Source of the DNA: Cyanobium sp. Prado107
Lineage (GTDB): Bacteria > Cyanobacteriota > Cyanobacteriia > PCC-6307 > Cyanobiaceae
DNA: 52,473 nucleotides
Direction: 5' to 3'
NCBI GenBank assembly: GCA_025454305.1
Contig: JALOOQ010000001.1
Location: forward strand, 1 to 52,473
The translations under genes were made by a program, and so were the position numbers. The notes beneath the pieces are model-generated. The model had not been told where the DNA came from. It ran no database searches and was given only the letters and a program-made list of their open reading frames with translations. This document shows, piece by piece, positions 27,618 through 38,341 of this stretch (positions are counted from its first letter, which is position 1; every line of letters starts with the position of its first letter).

Positions 27618-27977
27618 CTAGAGCAGAAACTCCCCGGCCCGCTCCGGCGGTGGATCCAGGGCAAGTCCCAGGGCGCGGCCGAGGCGGGGCCTGCCGGTGG
27701 TGGTGGTCAGCCATCGGCGCACCTGGGAGGCCACACCCATGACGTTGAGCAGCGCCGCCACCTCCTCCAGCCTGGCGGCATAGGCCTCGGCACTGAGCGG
27801 AAAGGACTGCTGCTCCAGATGGCCCCACATCACCTGCAGATAGAGCCGCCGCCGGCGCTGCACCACCTGCAGGTCGTAGGACGCCTGCCAGCGGGCGCGC
27901 AGTGCCCGCTGGAGCTCCACACCCGTGAGCGGAGCGCCGCCGTGCGGCGCATGGGGATCGACGCGATCGGGGGCCAC
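27618..27977 (-). CDS. Conserved cyanobacterial protein, DUF3067-like (start approximate)
   Basis: RW.ASYDLQ...[19 protein letters not shown] and RPRLGRA motifs; divergent from petC. Confidence 0.8.
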   Translation of the reverse strand: MAPDRVDPHAPHGGAPLTGVELQRALRARWQASYDLQVVQRRRRLYLQVMWGHLEQQSFPLSAEAYAARLEEVAALLNVMGVASQVRRWLTTTTGRPRLGRALGLALDPPPERAGEFLL

Positions 27978-28000
27978 TGGGGCTGGGACTGGGCAGGCCT

Positions 28001-28006
28001 TAAGGT
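28001..28006 (+). promoter_or_regulatory. Candidate -10 box (TAAGGT) for petCA
   Basis: TANNNT hexamer 38 nt upstream of the petC ATG in the divergent spacer. Confidence 0.4.
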
Positions 28007-28044
28007 GGCACGCACGTTGCCGTGGCTCCAGGGAGCAACCTCGA

Positions 28045-28593
28045 ATGACCCAGATCCCAGCGAGCGCCTCGAGTGGTGATGTGCCCGGAATGGGTCGTCG
28101 GCAGTTCATGAACCTGCTCACCTTCGGGTCGGTCACCGGCGTCGCGCTCGGTGCGCTCTATCCGGTGGTGAACTACTTCATCCCGCCCCGCGCAGGCGGC
28201 TCCGGCGGCGGCACCGCCGCCAAGGACGAACTGGGCAATCCGGTCACCGCCAGCGGCTGGCTCGGCAGCCACAAGGACGGCGACCGCAGCCTGGTGCAGG
28301 GCCTCAAGGGAGACCCCACCTACCTGATCGTGGAGGGCGATGACGCCATCGGCAGCTACGGCATCAACGCCATCTGCACCCACCTCGGCTGCGTGGTTCC
28401 CTGGAACAGCGGCGCCAACAAGTTCATCTGCCCTTGCCACGGCTCCCAGTACGACGCCACCGGCAAGGTGGTGCGTGGCCCGGCGCCCCTCTCCCTGGCC
28501 CTGGCCCACGTGTCGGTCGAGGACGACAAGGTCTTCCTGAGCCAGTGGGGCGAAACCGACTTCCGCACCGGCGACAACCCCTGGTGGGCGTGA
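28045..28593 (+). CDS. petC: Cytochrome b6f Rieske iron-sulfur subunit
   Basis: Tat motif GRRQFMNLL; Rieske boxes CTHLGC and CPCHGS; GPAPLSLAL. Confidence 0.97.
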   Translation: MTQIPASASSGDVPGMGRRQFMNLLTFGSVTGVALGALYPVVNYFIPPRAGGSGGGTAAKDELGNPVTASGWLGSHKDGDRSLVQGLKGDPTYLIVEGDDAIGSYGINAICTHLGCVVPWNSGANKFICPCHGSQYDATGKVVRGPAPLSLALAHVSVEDDKVFLSQWGETDFRTGDNPWWA

Positions 28594-28618
28594 CCCCGGC
28601 CAGCTGAACCCTCCCTCC

Positions 28619-28648
28619 CCGTCGTCACCGCCACCGTCGTCACTGCCA
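28619..28648 (+). repeat. 15-nt tandem duplication in the petC-petA spacer
   Basis: CCGTCGTCACCGCCA followed by CCGTCGTCACTGCCA (one mismatch), ending 3 nt before the petA ATG. Confidence 0.75.
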
Positions 28649-28651
28649 CCG

Positions 28652-29620
28652 ATGCGTCCGCTCCTCTCCTCCCTCGTCACCACGTGCGCCCCGCTGCTCC
28701 GGCCCCTGTTCGGAGCAGCCCTCTGCCTCAGCCTGCTCACCTCCGCAGCCGCGCCGAGCTGGGCCTATCCCTTCTGGGCCCAGCAGAACTACGCCAGTCC
28801 GCGCGAAGCCACCGGCAAGATCGTCTGCGCCAACTGCCACCTGGCCCAGAAGCCCACCCGGGTGGAAGTGCCCCAGGCGGTGTTCCCCGACACGGTGTTC
28901 AAGGCCGTCGTCGAGATCCCCTACGACACGTCAGTGCAGCAGGTGGCCGGTGACGGCAGCGGAACCGGCCTGAACGTGGGCGCCGTGGTGATGCTCCCCG
29001 ACGGCTTCACCCTTGCCCCGCAGGACCGCCTCAGCGACGAGCTGAAGGAAGAGACGGCAGGCATCTTCTACAGCCAGTATTCCGAGGATCAGCCCAACAT
29101 TCTCCTGGTGGGGCCGCTGCCCGGGGATGACCACCGCGAGATCGTCTTCCCCGTTCTCTCCCCCGACCCCGCCGCTGACGGCAGCATCCACTTCGGCAAG
29201 TACCAGTTGCATGTGGGCGGCAACCGGGGCCGGGGCCAGGTCTATCCCACCGGTGAGAAAAGCAACAACACGGTCTTCACCGCTCCCACCACCGGCACCA
29301 TCGCGGCCATCACCCCCGCCGACAACGGCGCCACCCAGGTGGAGATCAGCACCGAGGACGGCACCCTCGTGAGCGAAACCATCCCGGCCGGTCCTTCCCT
29401 GATCGTGTCCGTGGGCGACGCCGTCTCCGCCGGAGCCCCGATCACCAACGACCCCAACGTGGGTGGCTTCGGCCAGGTGGACGCCGAGGTGGTGCTCCAG
29501 AACCCGCAACGCATCATCGGCCTGCTGGCCTTCTTTGCGGCGATCGCCGTGGCCCAGATCATGCTGGTGCTGAAAAAGCGTCAGGTGGAGAAGGTGCAGG
29601 CGGCCGAAGGCATCGTCTGA
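28652..29620 (+). CDS. petA: Cytochrome f
   Basis: Signal peptide, then [42 protein letters not shown] and [10 protein letters not shown]. Confidence 0.98.
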   Translation: MRPLLSSLVTTCAPLLRPLFGAALCLSLLTSAAAPSWAYPFWAQQNYASPREATGKIVCANCHLAQKPTRVEVPQAVFPDTVFKAVVEIPYDTSVQQVAGDGSGTGLNVGAVVMLPDGFTLAPQDRLSDELKEETAGIFYSQYSEDQPNILLVGPLPGDDHREIVFPVLSPDPAADGSIHFGKYQLHVGGNRGRGQVYPTGEKSNNTVFTAPTTGTIAAITPADNGATQVEISTEDGTLVSETIPAGPSLIVSVGDAVSAGAPITNDPNVGGFGQVDAEVVLQNPQRIIGLLAFFAAIAVAQIMLVLKKRQVEKVQAAEGIV

Positions 29621-29641
29621 GCGGACCCAGCCCGAGCACCC

Positions 29642-30511
29642 TTGTCAGTTCTCGCCACCTTCACCTCTCCGGGGCCCCTGGTCTTCCAGCTGGGCCCCTT
29701 TGCCCTCCGCTGGTACGGTCTGCTGATCGCCCTGGCCGTGCTGGTGGGGCTGGTGCTCTCCACCCGCCTGGCCAAGGCCCGGGGGATCGATCCGGGCCTG
29801 ATCGCCGACCTTCTGCCCCTGCTGGTGCTCGGCGCGGTGCTCGGTGCCCGGCTCTACTACGTGGCCCTGGAGTGGCGCCAGTACGCCAGCAACTGGGTGG
29901 ATGTGCTCTCGATCTGGCGCGGCGGCATCGCCATCCATGGCGCACTGATCGGTGGGATGGTCACCACCATCCTCTTCTGCCGCTGGCGTCGTCAGCCCTT
30001 CTGGCCCCTGCTGGATGTGCTGGTGCCTTCAGTCGCCCTGGGCCAGGCCATCGGCCGCTGGGGCAATTTCTTCAACTCCGAGGCCTACGGCCTGCCAACC
30101 CAGCTGCCCTGGAAGCTCAAGATCCCGGCCGCCAACCGCACACCGGAATTCCTCGAGCAGCTCTACTTCCACCCCACCTTTCTCTACGAATCCCTCTGGA
30201 ACCTCGGGGTCACCGTCCTGCTGCTGGTGCTGTTCCGCCGCGCCAGCCAGGGCAGGCTGCGTCTGCCGGCAGGAGCCCTCAGCTGCGTCTACCTGATGGC
30301 CTACAGCAGCGGCCGGGTCTGGATCGAGGGACTGCGCATCGATCCCCTCTGCCTGTTCTCCGAACCGACGTTCTGTGAAGGTGGAATCCGCATGGCCCAG
30401 CTGATGAGTCTGGTGCTGATCGGCCTCGGCGGGCTGGGGCTCTGGTGGCTGGTGGGCCGTGGCCGGCCCCTGCCCGATCCCGCCGCGGTCGGCCGCGGAG
30501 TCGGATCTTGA
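29642..30511 (+). CDS. lgt: Prolipoprotein diacylglyceryl transferase
   Basis: [41 protein letters not shown] and HPTFLYES. Confidence 0.96.
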   Translation: MSVLATFTSPGPLVFQLGPFALRWYGLLIALAVLVGLVLSTRLAKARGIDPGLIADLLPLLVLGAVLGARLYYVALEWRQYASNWVDVLSIWRGGIAIHGALIGGMVTTILFCRWRRQPFWPLLDVLVPSVALGQAIGRWGNFFNSEAYGLPTQLPWKLKIPAANRTPEFLEQLYFHPTFLYESLWNLGVTVLLLVLFRRASQGRLRLPAGALSCVYLMAYSSGRVWIEGLRIDPLCLFSEPTFCEGGIRMAQLMSLVLIGLGGLGLWWLVGRGRPLPDPAAVGRGVGS

Positions 30512-31299
30512 GCACGCCGGGGTCCGGTCTCCACCCGGTATGGATCGTGGGGGCGGGGCCGGGGGCCCCGGATCTGCTCACTCTGCGGGCCGCTCGGCTG
30601 ATCGAGCGGGCCGAAGTGCTGGTGTGGACCGATTCCCTCATCAATCCTCAGATCGCCGCCCTGGCAACCGAGGGCTGTGAACGCATCCGCACCAGCAGCC
30701 TCACCCTGGAGCAGGTGATGGAGGTGGTGGTGGAGCGGGCTCGCGCCGGCCTGCGCGTGGTGCGCCTGCACGACGGCGACCCCTGCCTCTACGGGGCCCT
30801 GGCCGAACAGCTGTACCGACTGCGGGAAGCGGGGCTGGAGGCTGAGGTGGTGCCTGGACTGAGCGCCTACCAGGCCACCGCCGCGGCACTCAACCAGGAG
30901 CTCACCATCCCCGGGCTGGTGCAGACGATCGTGCTCAGCCGGGCCGGAGGCCGCACCGGCATGCCCGAGAGCGAGGCCCTGCCGCGGCTTGCGGCGCTGC
31001 GGGCTTCTCTCTGCCTCTACCTCAGCGCCCGCCACGTGGACGACGTGCAGGCGCAGCTGCTGGAGCACTACCCCGCGGACACCCCTGTGGCGATCGGGTA
31101 CCGGGTGAGCTGGCCGGATGAGTGGATCACGGTGGTGCCGCTTGCCGAGATGGCCCGGGCGAGCCGGGAGCGCCAGCTGATCCGCACCACCCTCTACGTG
31201 GTGAGTCCGGCCCTGGCGGCACCGCAGCAGGCCCGCTCGCTGCTGTATTCCGGCAGCCACCGCCATCTGTTCCGGGGGGGAGTACCGGACCCGGGCTGA
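30508..31299 (+). CDS. cobM: Precorrin-4 C11-methyltransferase
   Basis: [46 protein letters not shown] and S.LY...H. Confidence 0.93.
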   Translation: MSTPGSGLHPVWIVGAGPGAPDLLTLRAARLIERAEVLVWTDSLINPQIAALATEGCERIRTSSLTLEQVMEVVVERARAGLRVVRLHDGDPCLYGALAEQLYRLREAGLEAEVVPGLSAYQATAAALNQELTIPGLVQTIVLSRAGGRTGMPESEALPRLAALRASLCLYLSARHVDDVQAQLLEHYPADTPVAIGYRVSWPDEWITVVPLAEMARASRERQLIRTTLYVVSPALAAPQQARSLLYSGSHRHLFRGGVPDPG

Positions 31300-31301
31300 G
31301 C

Positions 31302-32789
31302 TCAGGCCGCCACCTTGTGCGTCGTTTCCCCGTAGAGCTCCCGGGCCAGCCGCTCCCGGTCGAATCCGCAGCCGAGGCGCTCGGCGATGGCCTCCAGGTC
31401 GCGGGCGGCGTTGCCCAGGCAGCAGGTGCCTCCCGGGGACGGGGTGACGTTGAACACCAGCCCCGGCCGGGCCGGGATGCTTGCCTCGCCCAGCATCAGC
31501 CGGCGCTCACGCTTGTCGATCAGCTGCGGGCGCACACCGCCGAAGCCCTTGGCGAAGCGCAGGTCCTCCAGCCGCATACCGGGCACGATCTTGCGCGCAT
31601 CGGCCAGGAACAGCCGCCGCCGCAGCCAGGGCACCTCGAACAGGAGGTTCCTGAGAATGTAGTTGCGGATGTCGGCAACCCGCAGCAGCTGCCAGAGCAC
31701 GGTCAGCACGGCCCAGTCGAGCCGCAGCACCCGCAGAAACTCCCAGAAGGAGGCGGGGCGGTAGCGCTCCAGCAGCGGCAGCAGCAGGGCGGTGGGGCCG
31801 AAGCGCGTCTGACCGGGAGCGCGCACGTCGGGATCCCCGTGGATGGCCGCGAAGGGCAGCTTGTCGTTCTGCAGCGTGTACACCTTGCCCCGCAGCAGAT
31901 CGGGGGTGAAGTAGAAGCTGCCGGCCACCGGCAGGCAGGAGTAGTTGAGGCCGTAGCCCATCTGCTGGGCCATCAGCAGGCTGTGGGCGCCGGCGTTCAC
32001 CACCACGTGGCGGGCCAGGATCTCCCGGGGAGCGCTCTGGCTGGTGCCGCAAGCCGGGGTGGGGGCCAGCTCGACGCGGAAGAGGTCCCCGTCGGGTGTG
32101 ATCCGGCGCACGGTGGTGCCCAGCAGCAGATCCAGGTGTCTGGGCCCTCCGTCGGCCGCAGTGCTGCCGGCGACGGCGGCACGGGCCTGATCCACGAACG
32201 ACGCCGCCAGCTGCTCGTAGTCGACGGCCGTGTAGGTGCTGCGGATGCCGATGGCCAGCAGGGGCTCCGGCCTCAGCTGGCCGTTGAGCAGAGCCACATT
32301 GGGCTCCCATGCGGCGATCTGCTCCTTCTCCAGCAGCTCCATGGCGGGAAAGTGGGAGGAGAAGCGCTCGAAGCGCTCGCGCAGCGCTTCACACTCCGCC
32401 TCGCCCACAGCCAGCACCATCTTCGGGGTACGGAAGACGCAGCGCTCACGCACGTGCGGCTCGAGCAGCTGGGCGTAGTGCACGATCATCTCGGCCGTGC
32501 GCTTGACGCCCAGGGCCTTCTCCAGCGTGTAATTGGTCTCGATGTCACCGCAGTGAATCGTCTGGCTGTTGCTGGAGGCCCTGGAGTTCACCTGCGCCAG
32601 CTGGGGGTAGCGCTCCACCAGGACGATGCGTTCCAGGTCGGTGTAGCGGGCCAGTTCGAACAGCAGGGCGGTGCCGCAGACCCCGCCACCCACGATCAGG
32701 ACATCCACCCGCCCGGCGTCGGGGGTGCAGACCGGCACCGCAGATCCGTTCCGGGGGTGGGAAGAGGGGCGGGACTGCGGCGGGATCAC
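31302..32789 (-). CDS. mqo: FAD-dependent malate:quinone oxidoreductase-like protein (start may be the GTG at 32738)
   Basis: IVGGGVCG FAD motif, NSQTIHCGDIETNYT, GKVYT.Q..KLPFAAIHGDPD, GFGGVRPQ and FN.TPSPG.T.CL.NA. Confidence 0.8.
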   Translation of the reverse strand: MIPPQSRPSSHPRNGSAVPVCTPDAGRVDVLIVGGGVCGTALLFELARYTDLERIVLVERYPQLAQVNSRASSNSQTIHCGDIETNYTLEKALGVKRTAEMIVHYAQLLEPHVRERCVFRTPKMVLAVGEAECEALRERFERFSSHFPAMELLEKEQIAAWEPNVALLNGQLRPEPLLAIGIRSTYTAVDYEQLAASFVDQARAAVAGSTAADGGPRHLDLLLGTTVRRITPDGDLFRVELAPTPACGTSQSAPREILARHVVVNAGAHSLLMAQQMGYGLNYSCLPVAGSFYFTPDLLRGKVYTLQNDKLPFAAIHGDPDVRAPGQTRFGPTALLLPLLERYRPASFWEFLRVLRLDWAVLTVLWQLLRVADIRNYILRNLLFEVPWLRRRLFLADARKIVPGMRLEDLRFAKGFGGVRPQLIDKRERRLMLGEASIPARPGLVFNVTPSPGGTCCLGNAARDLEAIAERLGCGFDRERLARELYGETTHKVAA

Positions 32790-32925
32790 AGACAGGACGG
32801 GGCCACGGACGGCGCTCCATGGTCGCCGATCGCCGGACGGCGGGTGGGGCCGTGCTCTAAGCTCGCCTCACCGGAGCCCACCAGGGCTGCAGGGGCAACG
32901 CAGCCGGAATGGCTGCAGCTGCAAC

Positions 32926-32997
<72 letters not shown>

Positions 32998-33221
32998 TTT
33001 CAAACCCCTGACCTTCATCCACCCGGCTCCAGGCCGAGGCCGATGCCCGGTTCACACCCCGTCTGAACAGTGGTGCAGATCGGCGCACTCGGGGCAGAAT
33101 GTGTCGACAGGCAGTCGGCCCACCGTCTGCTCTGCTGTGTCTCTGCAGTTCCCTGGCGCACCTCCTTCCGATGCGCCCGTCCCGCCTTGCGCCCTGTCCG
33201 TTCATCCGCCGTTCCCGCTGA

Positions 33222-33992
33222 GTGAGCGCTGAAGCCAATCCGGCACTGCAGCAACTGGGGCGGCGGCTCGCGCAGGCACGCCAGGCCTGCGGCCTGAGCC
33301 TGGAGGAGCAGGCCGACCGTCTCAACATGGGGAGGGAGCAACTCCAGGCCCTGGAGGCCGGTGACCGCGACCTGCTGCCGGAAGCGGTGTTCGTGATCGC
33401 CCAGGCCCGGCGCGTTGCGAACAGCCTGGGCATCGAGATCAACGCCGAGATCGAGGCCCTGCGCTGCAGTGATGGCTTTCGACCGCAGCGACCTCTGCGA
33501 CAGGCGTCCCTGGGATCCCCGAGCGAGCCCACCGCAGGACGGGTGGACCGGGTCCAAGCCAGCCCGGCCCGGCGTTCCGGAACGGGCCGATCCGCGTTGC
33601 TCGCCCTGACGGCCCTCCTGGGCGCGGCCGCTGCCGTGGCGTTGGTGATCCGCCAGGGCCTGCCCCGCCTCACGACCGGTCAGGCCGCTCCCCCTCCGCC
33701 CCCGGTCACGTCCGCCAAGGGCACCCGTACCGCCGCAGACACATCAGCTGAGCTGGTGCTGCAGTCATCAGAACCCAGCTGGCTGGAGGTGCGCAGCGCC
33801 GACGGCCGCACCCTGTTCCGTGGCACGCTGGACGCTGAGCAACGCTTTCCCCTCGATGGCGAGATTGCTGTGCTTGCAGGCCGGCCCGATCTGGTGATGG
33901 TGAGCATCGGCCGGTCGGAGCCAACCCCCATGGGCTCGATCCAGGAAGTTCGCTGGCGCCGCTTCAGGGCTGAACAGGCTCCGCCACCCTGA
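33222..33992 (+). CDS. RodZ-like protein (XRE-type HTH, TM helix, DUF4115-like domain)
   Basis: LG..L..AR...GLSLEE.A..L.M....L.ALE.GD...LPE.VF; single TM; SWLEV, LF.GTL and AGRPDLV. Confidence 0.85.
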   Translation: MSAEANPALQQLGRRLAQARQACGLSLEEQADRLNMGREQLQALEAGDRDLLPEAVFVIAQARRVANSLGIEINAEIEALRCSDGFRPQRPLRQASLGSPSEPTAGRVDRVQASPARRSGTGRSALLALTALLGAAAAVALVIRQGLPRLTTGQAAPPPPPVTSAKGTRTAADTSAELVLQSSEPSWLEVRSADGRTLFRGTLDAEQRFPLDGEIAVLAGRPDLVMVSIGRSEPTPMGSIQEVRWRRFRAEQAPPP

Positions 33993-35643
33993 GCACCAGG
34001 CCGGAGGCCTCCATCACAACGTCGCTGCAGGAGCGCAGACTCCAACGCTCCAGGCTGAGGTCCACGGCCCCCTCACCCGGACCCGCCTGCCTGGGCACCA
34101 GCTCCACAGCAACACCCCGGTCGTCGCCGGGCGGCAGCGGCCCCATGCGGATCGCCTGGATCACCGCAGCAGGACGGCGGTCGAGGGCCGCGGCCAGGCG
34201 CAGCAGCAGCGCCATCGAGGCCACGGTGCGCCGCTGCTCCCGGCCTTCGATCAGCAACCACGACTCATGGCGCTTCTTGGGCAGGCTGCGGCGGTGGTAG
34301 CGGGCGATGGCCGCCACCATCAGGTGCTCAGCCTGGGAGTAGCCGAGCAGCTCGCCGTGGCGGATCAGATACCAGCTGTGCTTGTGGTATGCGGAGATGT
34401 TGATGCTCTTGCCACAGGTGTGCAGCAGGGCGGCGGCCCAGAGCAGTTCCCTGCCCGGCCCCGCGTCATCGTGCAGCAGGCCCCGGCTCTGGTCGTAGAG
34501 GCTGAGGGCGTGCTCGGCCACCCGCTCGGCCCGCGTCAGGTCGACACCGAAGCTGCGGGCCAGATGCCGCACCGTGCGCTCCCGGATCGTGCTCTGGAAG
34601 GAAAAACGGTCGCCGAGGATGCGGTTGCGCAGCATCCAGTCGACGATCAGACCCTCCCGCAGGGCCCGGTCGCACACCACCAGATCCCGGGCCCCCAGCA
34701 TCGCCATGGCCGTCTGCAGGATCAGGGCGCCGGGCACGATGATCTCGGCCCGGCGTTCGTTGATGGCGGGCAGAGCGCGGCGCTGCTCGGGCGTCATCGC
34801 CAGCAGTCGCGCCACCAGCTGATCCACCCGCTCCCGGCTGAGCCGGTAGCCCTGAAGTTTGAGGGTGGGGCGCTCATCGTCCGCCGCCGCCAGGGCCGCC
34901 AGGGCCATGGCGGTGCCGCTGGTGCCCACCAGCTGAGGTACCTCAGCGGGCCGCAGGGAACGGCGCAGCTCGGCCACGGCCGGGTCGAGGGCGCCCTGGA
35001 TGTAGGCCTGCAGGAAGCCCCGCCGCTCGGGGGGCAGGGGATCCTGCTGGCAGAACTCGCGCTGCAGCCGCACGGCGCCGATGCGGGTGCTGGTGAGGGC
35101 CCTGGCGTCACGGCCGTCGGCCAGCACCAGCTCGGTGGAGCCGCCGCCGATGTCGATGATCGTGTGGGGGCGCTCGCCGAAGGCCATGCCGGAGAGCACG
35201 CCCAGGTAGATCAGGCGGGCCTCCTCCGGACCGCTCACCAGATCCACCTCCAGCCCCAGCTGGTTCTGGATCGCCTGGAGGAAGTCCCTGCCGTTAGGGG
35301 CCTCGCGCACGGCGCTGGTGGCGGCGGTGACGATCTGCTCCACCCCATGGCTCTCGGCCAGCTCCCGGTTGTGGCTGAGGGTGCGGAAGGAGCGTTCGAT
35401 GGCGGCGGCGCTGAGATCGCCGCTGTCCGGATCCCGCTCCCCCAGCCGGGTGGTGCTCTTCTCGGCCAGCAGCACCGAGAAGGTGGAGAGCTGCACATCC
35501 ACCTCGGCGATCAGCAGATGGATGGAGTTGGTGCCGATGTCGATCGCGGCCACCCGCCTGCGGGACAGCGGCCTGGGATCCGCCGCGGCCTCAGGCTGGG
35601 CGCCCGTTTCCGACGTCGTGGAGGACTGGGAGGCCCGGACCAT
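33964..35643 (-). CDS. ppx: Exopolyphosphatase, Ppx/GppA family
   Basis: AAIDIGTNS, ATSAVREA.N, SG.EEARLIYLGV, DIGGGSTE, ALREG and an HD-like C-terminal domain. Confidence 0.95.
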   Translation of the reverse strand: MVRASQSSTTSETGAQPEAAADPRPLSRRRVAAIDIGTNSIHLLIAEVDVQLSTFSVLLAEKSTTRLGERDPDSGDLSAAAIERSFRTLSHNRELAESHGVEQIVTAATSAVREAPNGRDFLQAIQNQLGLEVDLVSGPEEARLIYLGVLSGMAFGERPHTIIDIGGGSTELVLADGRDARALTSTRIGAVRLQREFCQQDPLPPERRGFLQAYIQGALDPAVAELRRSLRPAEVPQLVGTSGTAMALAALAAADDERPTLKLQGYRLSRERVDQLVARLLAMTPEQRRALPAINERRAEIIVPGALILQTAMAMLGARDLVVCDRALREGLIVDWMLRNRILGDRFSFQSTIRERTVRHLARSFGVDLTRAERVAEHALSLYDQSRGLLHDDAGPGRELLWAAALLHTCGKSINISAYHKHSWYLIRHGELLGYSQAEHLMVAAIARYHRRSLPKKRHESWLLIEGREQRRTVASMALLLRLAAALDRRPAAVIQAIRMGPLPPGDDRGVAVELVPRQAGPGEGAVDLSLERWSLRSCSDVVMEASGLVLRVAEPVQP

Positions 35644-35720
35644 GGGGGCAGGCGGGGCAGGCGCGGCGCCACTTTGCCACCGCCGGCGCCCCCTAGCCTG
35701 CGGCGCAGCGGAAGGCGGAC

Positions 35721-36617
35721 ATGGCCGGCTCGGCGATCAGGGCACGAGGACGGGCCTGGCTGGAGCTGGTGCGCTGGCACAAGCCCAGCGGCCGCCTGAT
35801 TCTGCTGATCCCGGCGGGATGGAGCCTCTGGCTCAGCGCCGCCGCCCCCCCGCCGCCGGCGCTGGTGGGATGGATCGTGATCGGCGGGCTGGCGGTGAGC
35901 GCCGCCGGCTGCATCGCCAACGACCTCTGGGACAGGCGCATCGATCCGCGGGTGGAACGCACCCGCGGCCGGCCCCTGGCCTCCGGGCGGGTGAGCGTGC
36001 CGGAAGCGCTGCTGCTGCTGCTGCTGTGCCTGCTGATCGCCCTGGCGGTGGTGGTGTGGGGGCTGCCATCCGGCGGCCGCGCTCTGTGCCTGCTGCTGGC
36101 CCTGGCCGCCCTGCCGCCGGTGCTGCTCTACCCCTCGGCCAAGCGCTGGTTCCCCTACCCGCAGCTGGTGCTGGCCTTCTGCTGGGGGTTCGCCGTGCTG
36201 ATCCCCTGGGCGGCCGCCACCGGCTCGCTGGCAGGGGGCTGGCCCCTGCTGCTCACCTGGCTGGCCACGGTGCTCTGGACCTTCGGCTTCGACACGGTGT
36301 ACGCCATGGCCGACCGCGACGACGACCGTGCCATCGGCGTGCGCAGCAGTGCCCTCAGCCTCGGCCGTCAGGCGCCCCAGGTGGTGACCCTCTGTTACGG
36401 CGGCACGACCCTGGCGCTGGGCCTGGCCGCAGGCCTGCGGGGGCTGGCTCCGCTCGGCTGGCTGCTGGGAGGGATCGCCGCCGCGGGCATGCTGCGCGAG
36501 GGCTGGACCCTGCGCCGTCCCGGCCTGGGGGCGGCGGCCTACGGCCGTCACTTCGGGCATCAGGTGCGGCTGGGGGCCCTGCTGCTGCTGGCCCTGGTGC
36601 TGGGAGGACCGTCATGA
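35721..36617 (+). CDS. ubiA: 4-hydroxybenzoate polyprenyl (solanesyl) transferase, plastoquinone pathway
   Basis: RWHKPSG, NDLWDRRID..V.RT..RPLASG, YPSAKR and FDTVYAMAD..DD...GV.SSA. Confidence 0.93.
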   Translation: MAGSAIRARGRAWLELVRWHKPSGRLILLIPAGWSLWLSAAAPPPPALVGWIVIGGLAVSAAGCIANDLWDRRIDPRVERTRGRPLASGRVSVPEALLLLLLCLLIALAVVVWGLPSGGRALCLLLALAALPPVLLYPSAKRWFPYPQLVLAFCWGFAVLIPWAAATGSLAGGWPLLLTWLATVLWTFGFDTVYAMADRDDDRAIGVRSSALSLGRQAPQVVTLCYGGTTLALGLAAGLRGLAPLGWLLGGIAAAGMLREGWTLRRPGLGAAAYGRHFGHQVRLGALLLLALVLGGPS

Positions 36618-37567
36618 CGACGACCTCCGCCGGCGGGCCCGGCCACGTGGTCTGGCCACAGCCGCTGCACGCGGGTGATCGGGTGACACCGGTGGCCGCC
36701 AGCTCGGCCCTGGTGGAGCCGCACGCCGTGCAGCGCCTCGAGGCGGGCATCGCCGTGCTGGAGGGCTGGGGACTGGAGGTGCAGCGCCAGCCGGTGCACG
36801 AACGCCGCTGGGGTTACCTGGCGGGGCGGGATGCCCAGCGCCGCGACGATCTGCAGCGGGCCAGCCGCAGCGGCGCCGACCTGCTGGCCTGCCTGCGGGG
36901 CGGCTGGGGCGCCGCCCGGCTGCTGGAGCGCCCCCTGCCGCTGGCGCCCAGGTGGCTGCTGGGGTTCTCCGATGTCACCTCGCTGCTCTGGGCCCAGCTG
37001 GCCCTGGGGCACGGGGGGGCCATCCACGGTCCCCTGCTCACCACCCTGGCGGGCGAGCCGGGCTGGAGCCAGGAGCGGCTGCGGGCCCTGCTCTTCGGCG
37101 AACCGCTGCCGGCCCTGCCGGGAGTCGGCTGGGTGGGCGGAATCGCCGAGGGGCCGCTGGTGGTGGGCAACCTCACGGTGGCCACCCACCTGCTGGGCAC
37201 ACCTCACCTGCCCGATCTGCGCGGCGCCATCCTGGTGCTGGAGGACGTGGGTGAGGCCCCCTACCGGATCGACCGCCTGCTCACCCACTGGCGCCTGAGC
37301 GGTGCGCTCGGCCAGCTCGCCGGGATCGGCCTGGGCCGCTTCAGCGACTGCGACGACCCGGACGCCACCGACGCCGTCGACGGCGAGGCGGCTGGCGACA
37401 CGGACCGGTTCAGCGTCGAACAGGTGCTGCGGGAACGCACCGCCGACCTGGGCATCCCCGTGCTGGCCGCCCTGCCGGTGGGCCATGAGCCCGGCAATGC
37501 CGCCCTGCCCCTGGGGGCCTGGGCCCGGCTGGATGCCACTGGCGGACGCCTGGACGTGTCGATCTGA
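36614..37567 (+). CDS. ldcA: LD-carboxypeptidase (S66 family)
   Basis: YLAG.D..R, RGGWG..RLL, GFSDVT (Ser), LEDVGE..YRIDR.L (Glu) and VGH (His). ATGA overlap with ubiA. Confidence 0.92.
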   Translation: MTTTSAGGPGHVVWPQPLHAGDRVTPVAASSALVEPHAVQRLEAGIAVLEGWGLEVQRQPVHERRWGYLAGRDAQRRDDLQRASRSGADLLACLRGGWGAARLLERPLPLAPRWLLGFSDVTSLLWAQLALGHGGAIHGPLLTTLAGEPGWSQERLRALLFGEPLPALPGVGWVGGIAEGPLVVGNLTVATHLLGTPHLPDLRGAILVLEDVGEAPYRIDRLLTHWRLSGALGQLAGIGLGRFSDCDDPDATDAVDGEAAGDTDRFSVEQVLRERTADLGIPVLAALPVGHEPGNAALPLGAWARLDATGGRLDVSI

Positions 37568-37588
37568 GCTGGCACCACCAGAGCCTCG

Positions 37589-38269
37589 TCAGCGGCGGGC
37601 AGCCAGCACGGCCTCGGCGATGGTGAGGTCGAAGGGGGTGGTGAGCTTGATGTTGGAGGGCGGCGCTTCCAGCACCTGCACTGCCAGCCCAAGCCGCTCG
37701 AACAGGGCCGCGTCGTCGGTGACGCTCCAGCCCCGCTCCCCGGCGGTGGTGTGGGCCTGGCGCAGTTGCTGCACCGGGAAGCCCTGGGGAGTCTGGGCCG
37801 CCCAGAGCCGGCTGCGGTCCGGAGTGCCGGTGATCATGCCCTCACCGTCCACCTGCTTGATCGTGTCGGTGACCGGCGTGGCGGCGATCACCGCCTGGCC
37901 CTGGGTCACCGCCGCGGCGCAACGCTCCAGCAGGTCCGGCTCCACCAGGGCCCGGGCGCCGTCGTGAATCAGCACCCCCTGCGCTTCGGGGGGCAGTGCC
38001 GCCAGCCCCCGCCGCACCGACTCCTGACGGGTGTCACCCCCCAGGATCCAGCGCACCGGCCGATCCGGGGCGGCGGCGGCCACGATCCCGGCAACCGCCT
38101 CGGCGTCCACCGGCTGACCGATGATGCCGACCCAGCGGATCGCCGTGCAGGCCAGCACGGCATCGAGGGTCCAGGCGAGGACGGGACGTCCGGCCACCGG
38201 CAGCAGCAGCTTGTTGCCGACCGCACCCATGCGGCGGCCACTGCCGGCGGCGGCGATCAGCAGATGCAC
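37589..38269 (-). CDS. ispD: 2-C-methyl-D-erythritol 4-phosphate cytidylyltransferase
   Basis: [10 protein letters not shown]...[32 protein letters not shown] and NIKLTTP.DL. Confidence 0.96.
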   Translation of the reverse strand: MHLLIAAAGSGRRMGAVGNKLLLPVAGRPVLAWTLDAVLACTAIRWVGIIGQPVDAEAVAGIVAAAAPDRPVRWILGGDTRQESVRRGLAALPPEAQGVLIHDGARALVEPDLLERCAAAVTQGQAVIAATPVTDTIKQVDGEGMITGTPDRSRLWAAQTPQGFPVQQLRQAHTTAGERGWSVTDDAALFERLGLAVQVLEAPPSNIKLTTPFDLTIAEAVLAARR

Positions 38270-38309
38270 AGACGACTCCCGCCGAGTGGGCCCGATCGAA
38301 CGGCATCCA

Positions 38310-38315
38310 TACAAT
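38310..38315 (+). promoter_or_regulatory. Candidate -10 box (TACAAT) for the glycosyltransferase-fabG unit
   Basis: Near-consensus hexamer 26 nt upstream of the ATG at 38342. Confidence 0.5.
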
Positions 38316-38341
38316 CAGGCCGCCGAGTCCGAGCCATCGTC

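Noticed and set aside
35318-37567. Apparent long fusion ORFs (749 aa ending in ldcA; likewise 42065-43642, 37751-39175 and 14755-16479)
   Set aside because: The N-terminal extensions are open frames overlapping other real genes. True starts are internal.
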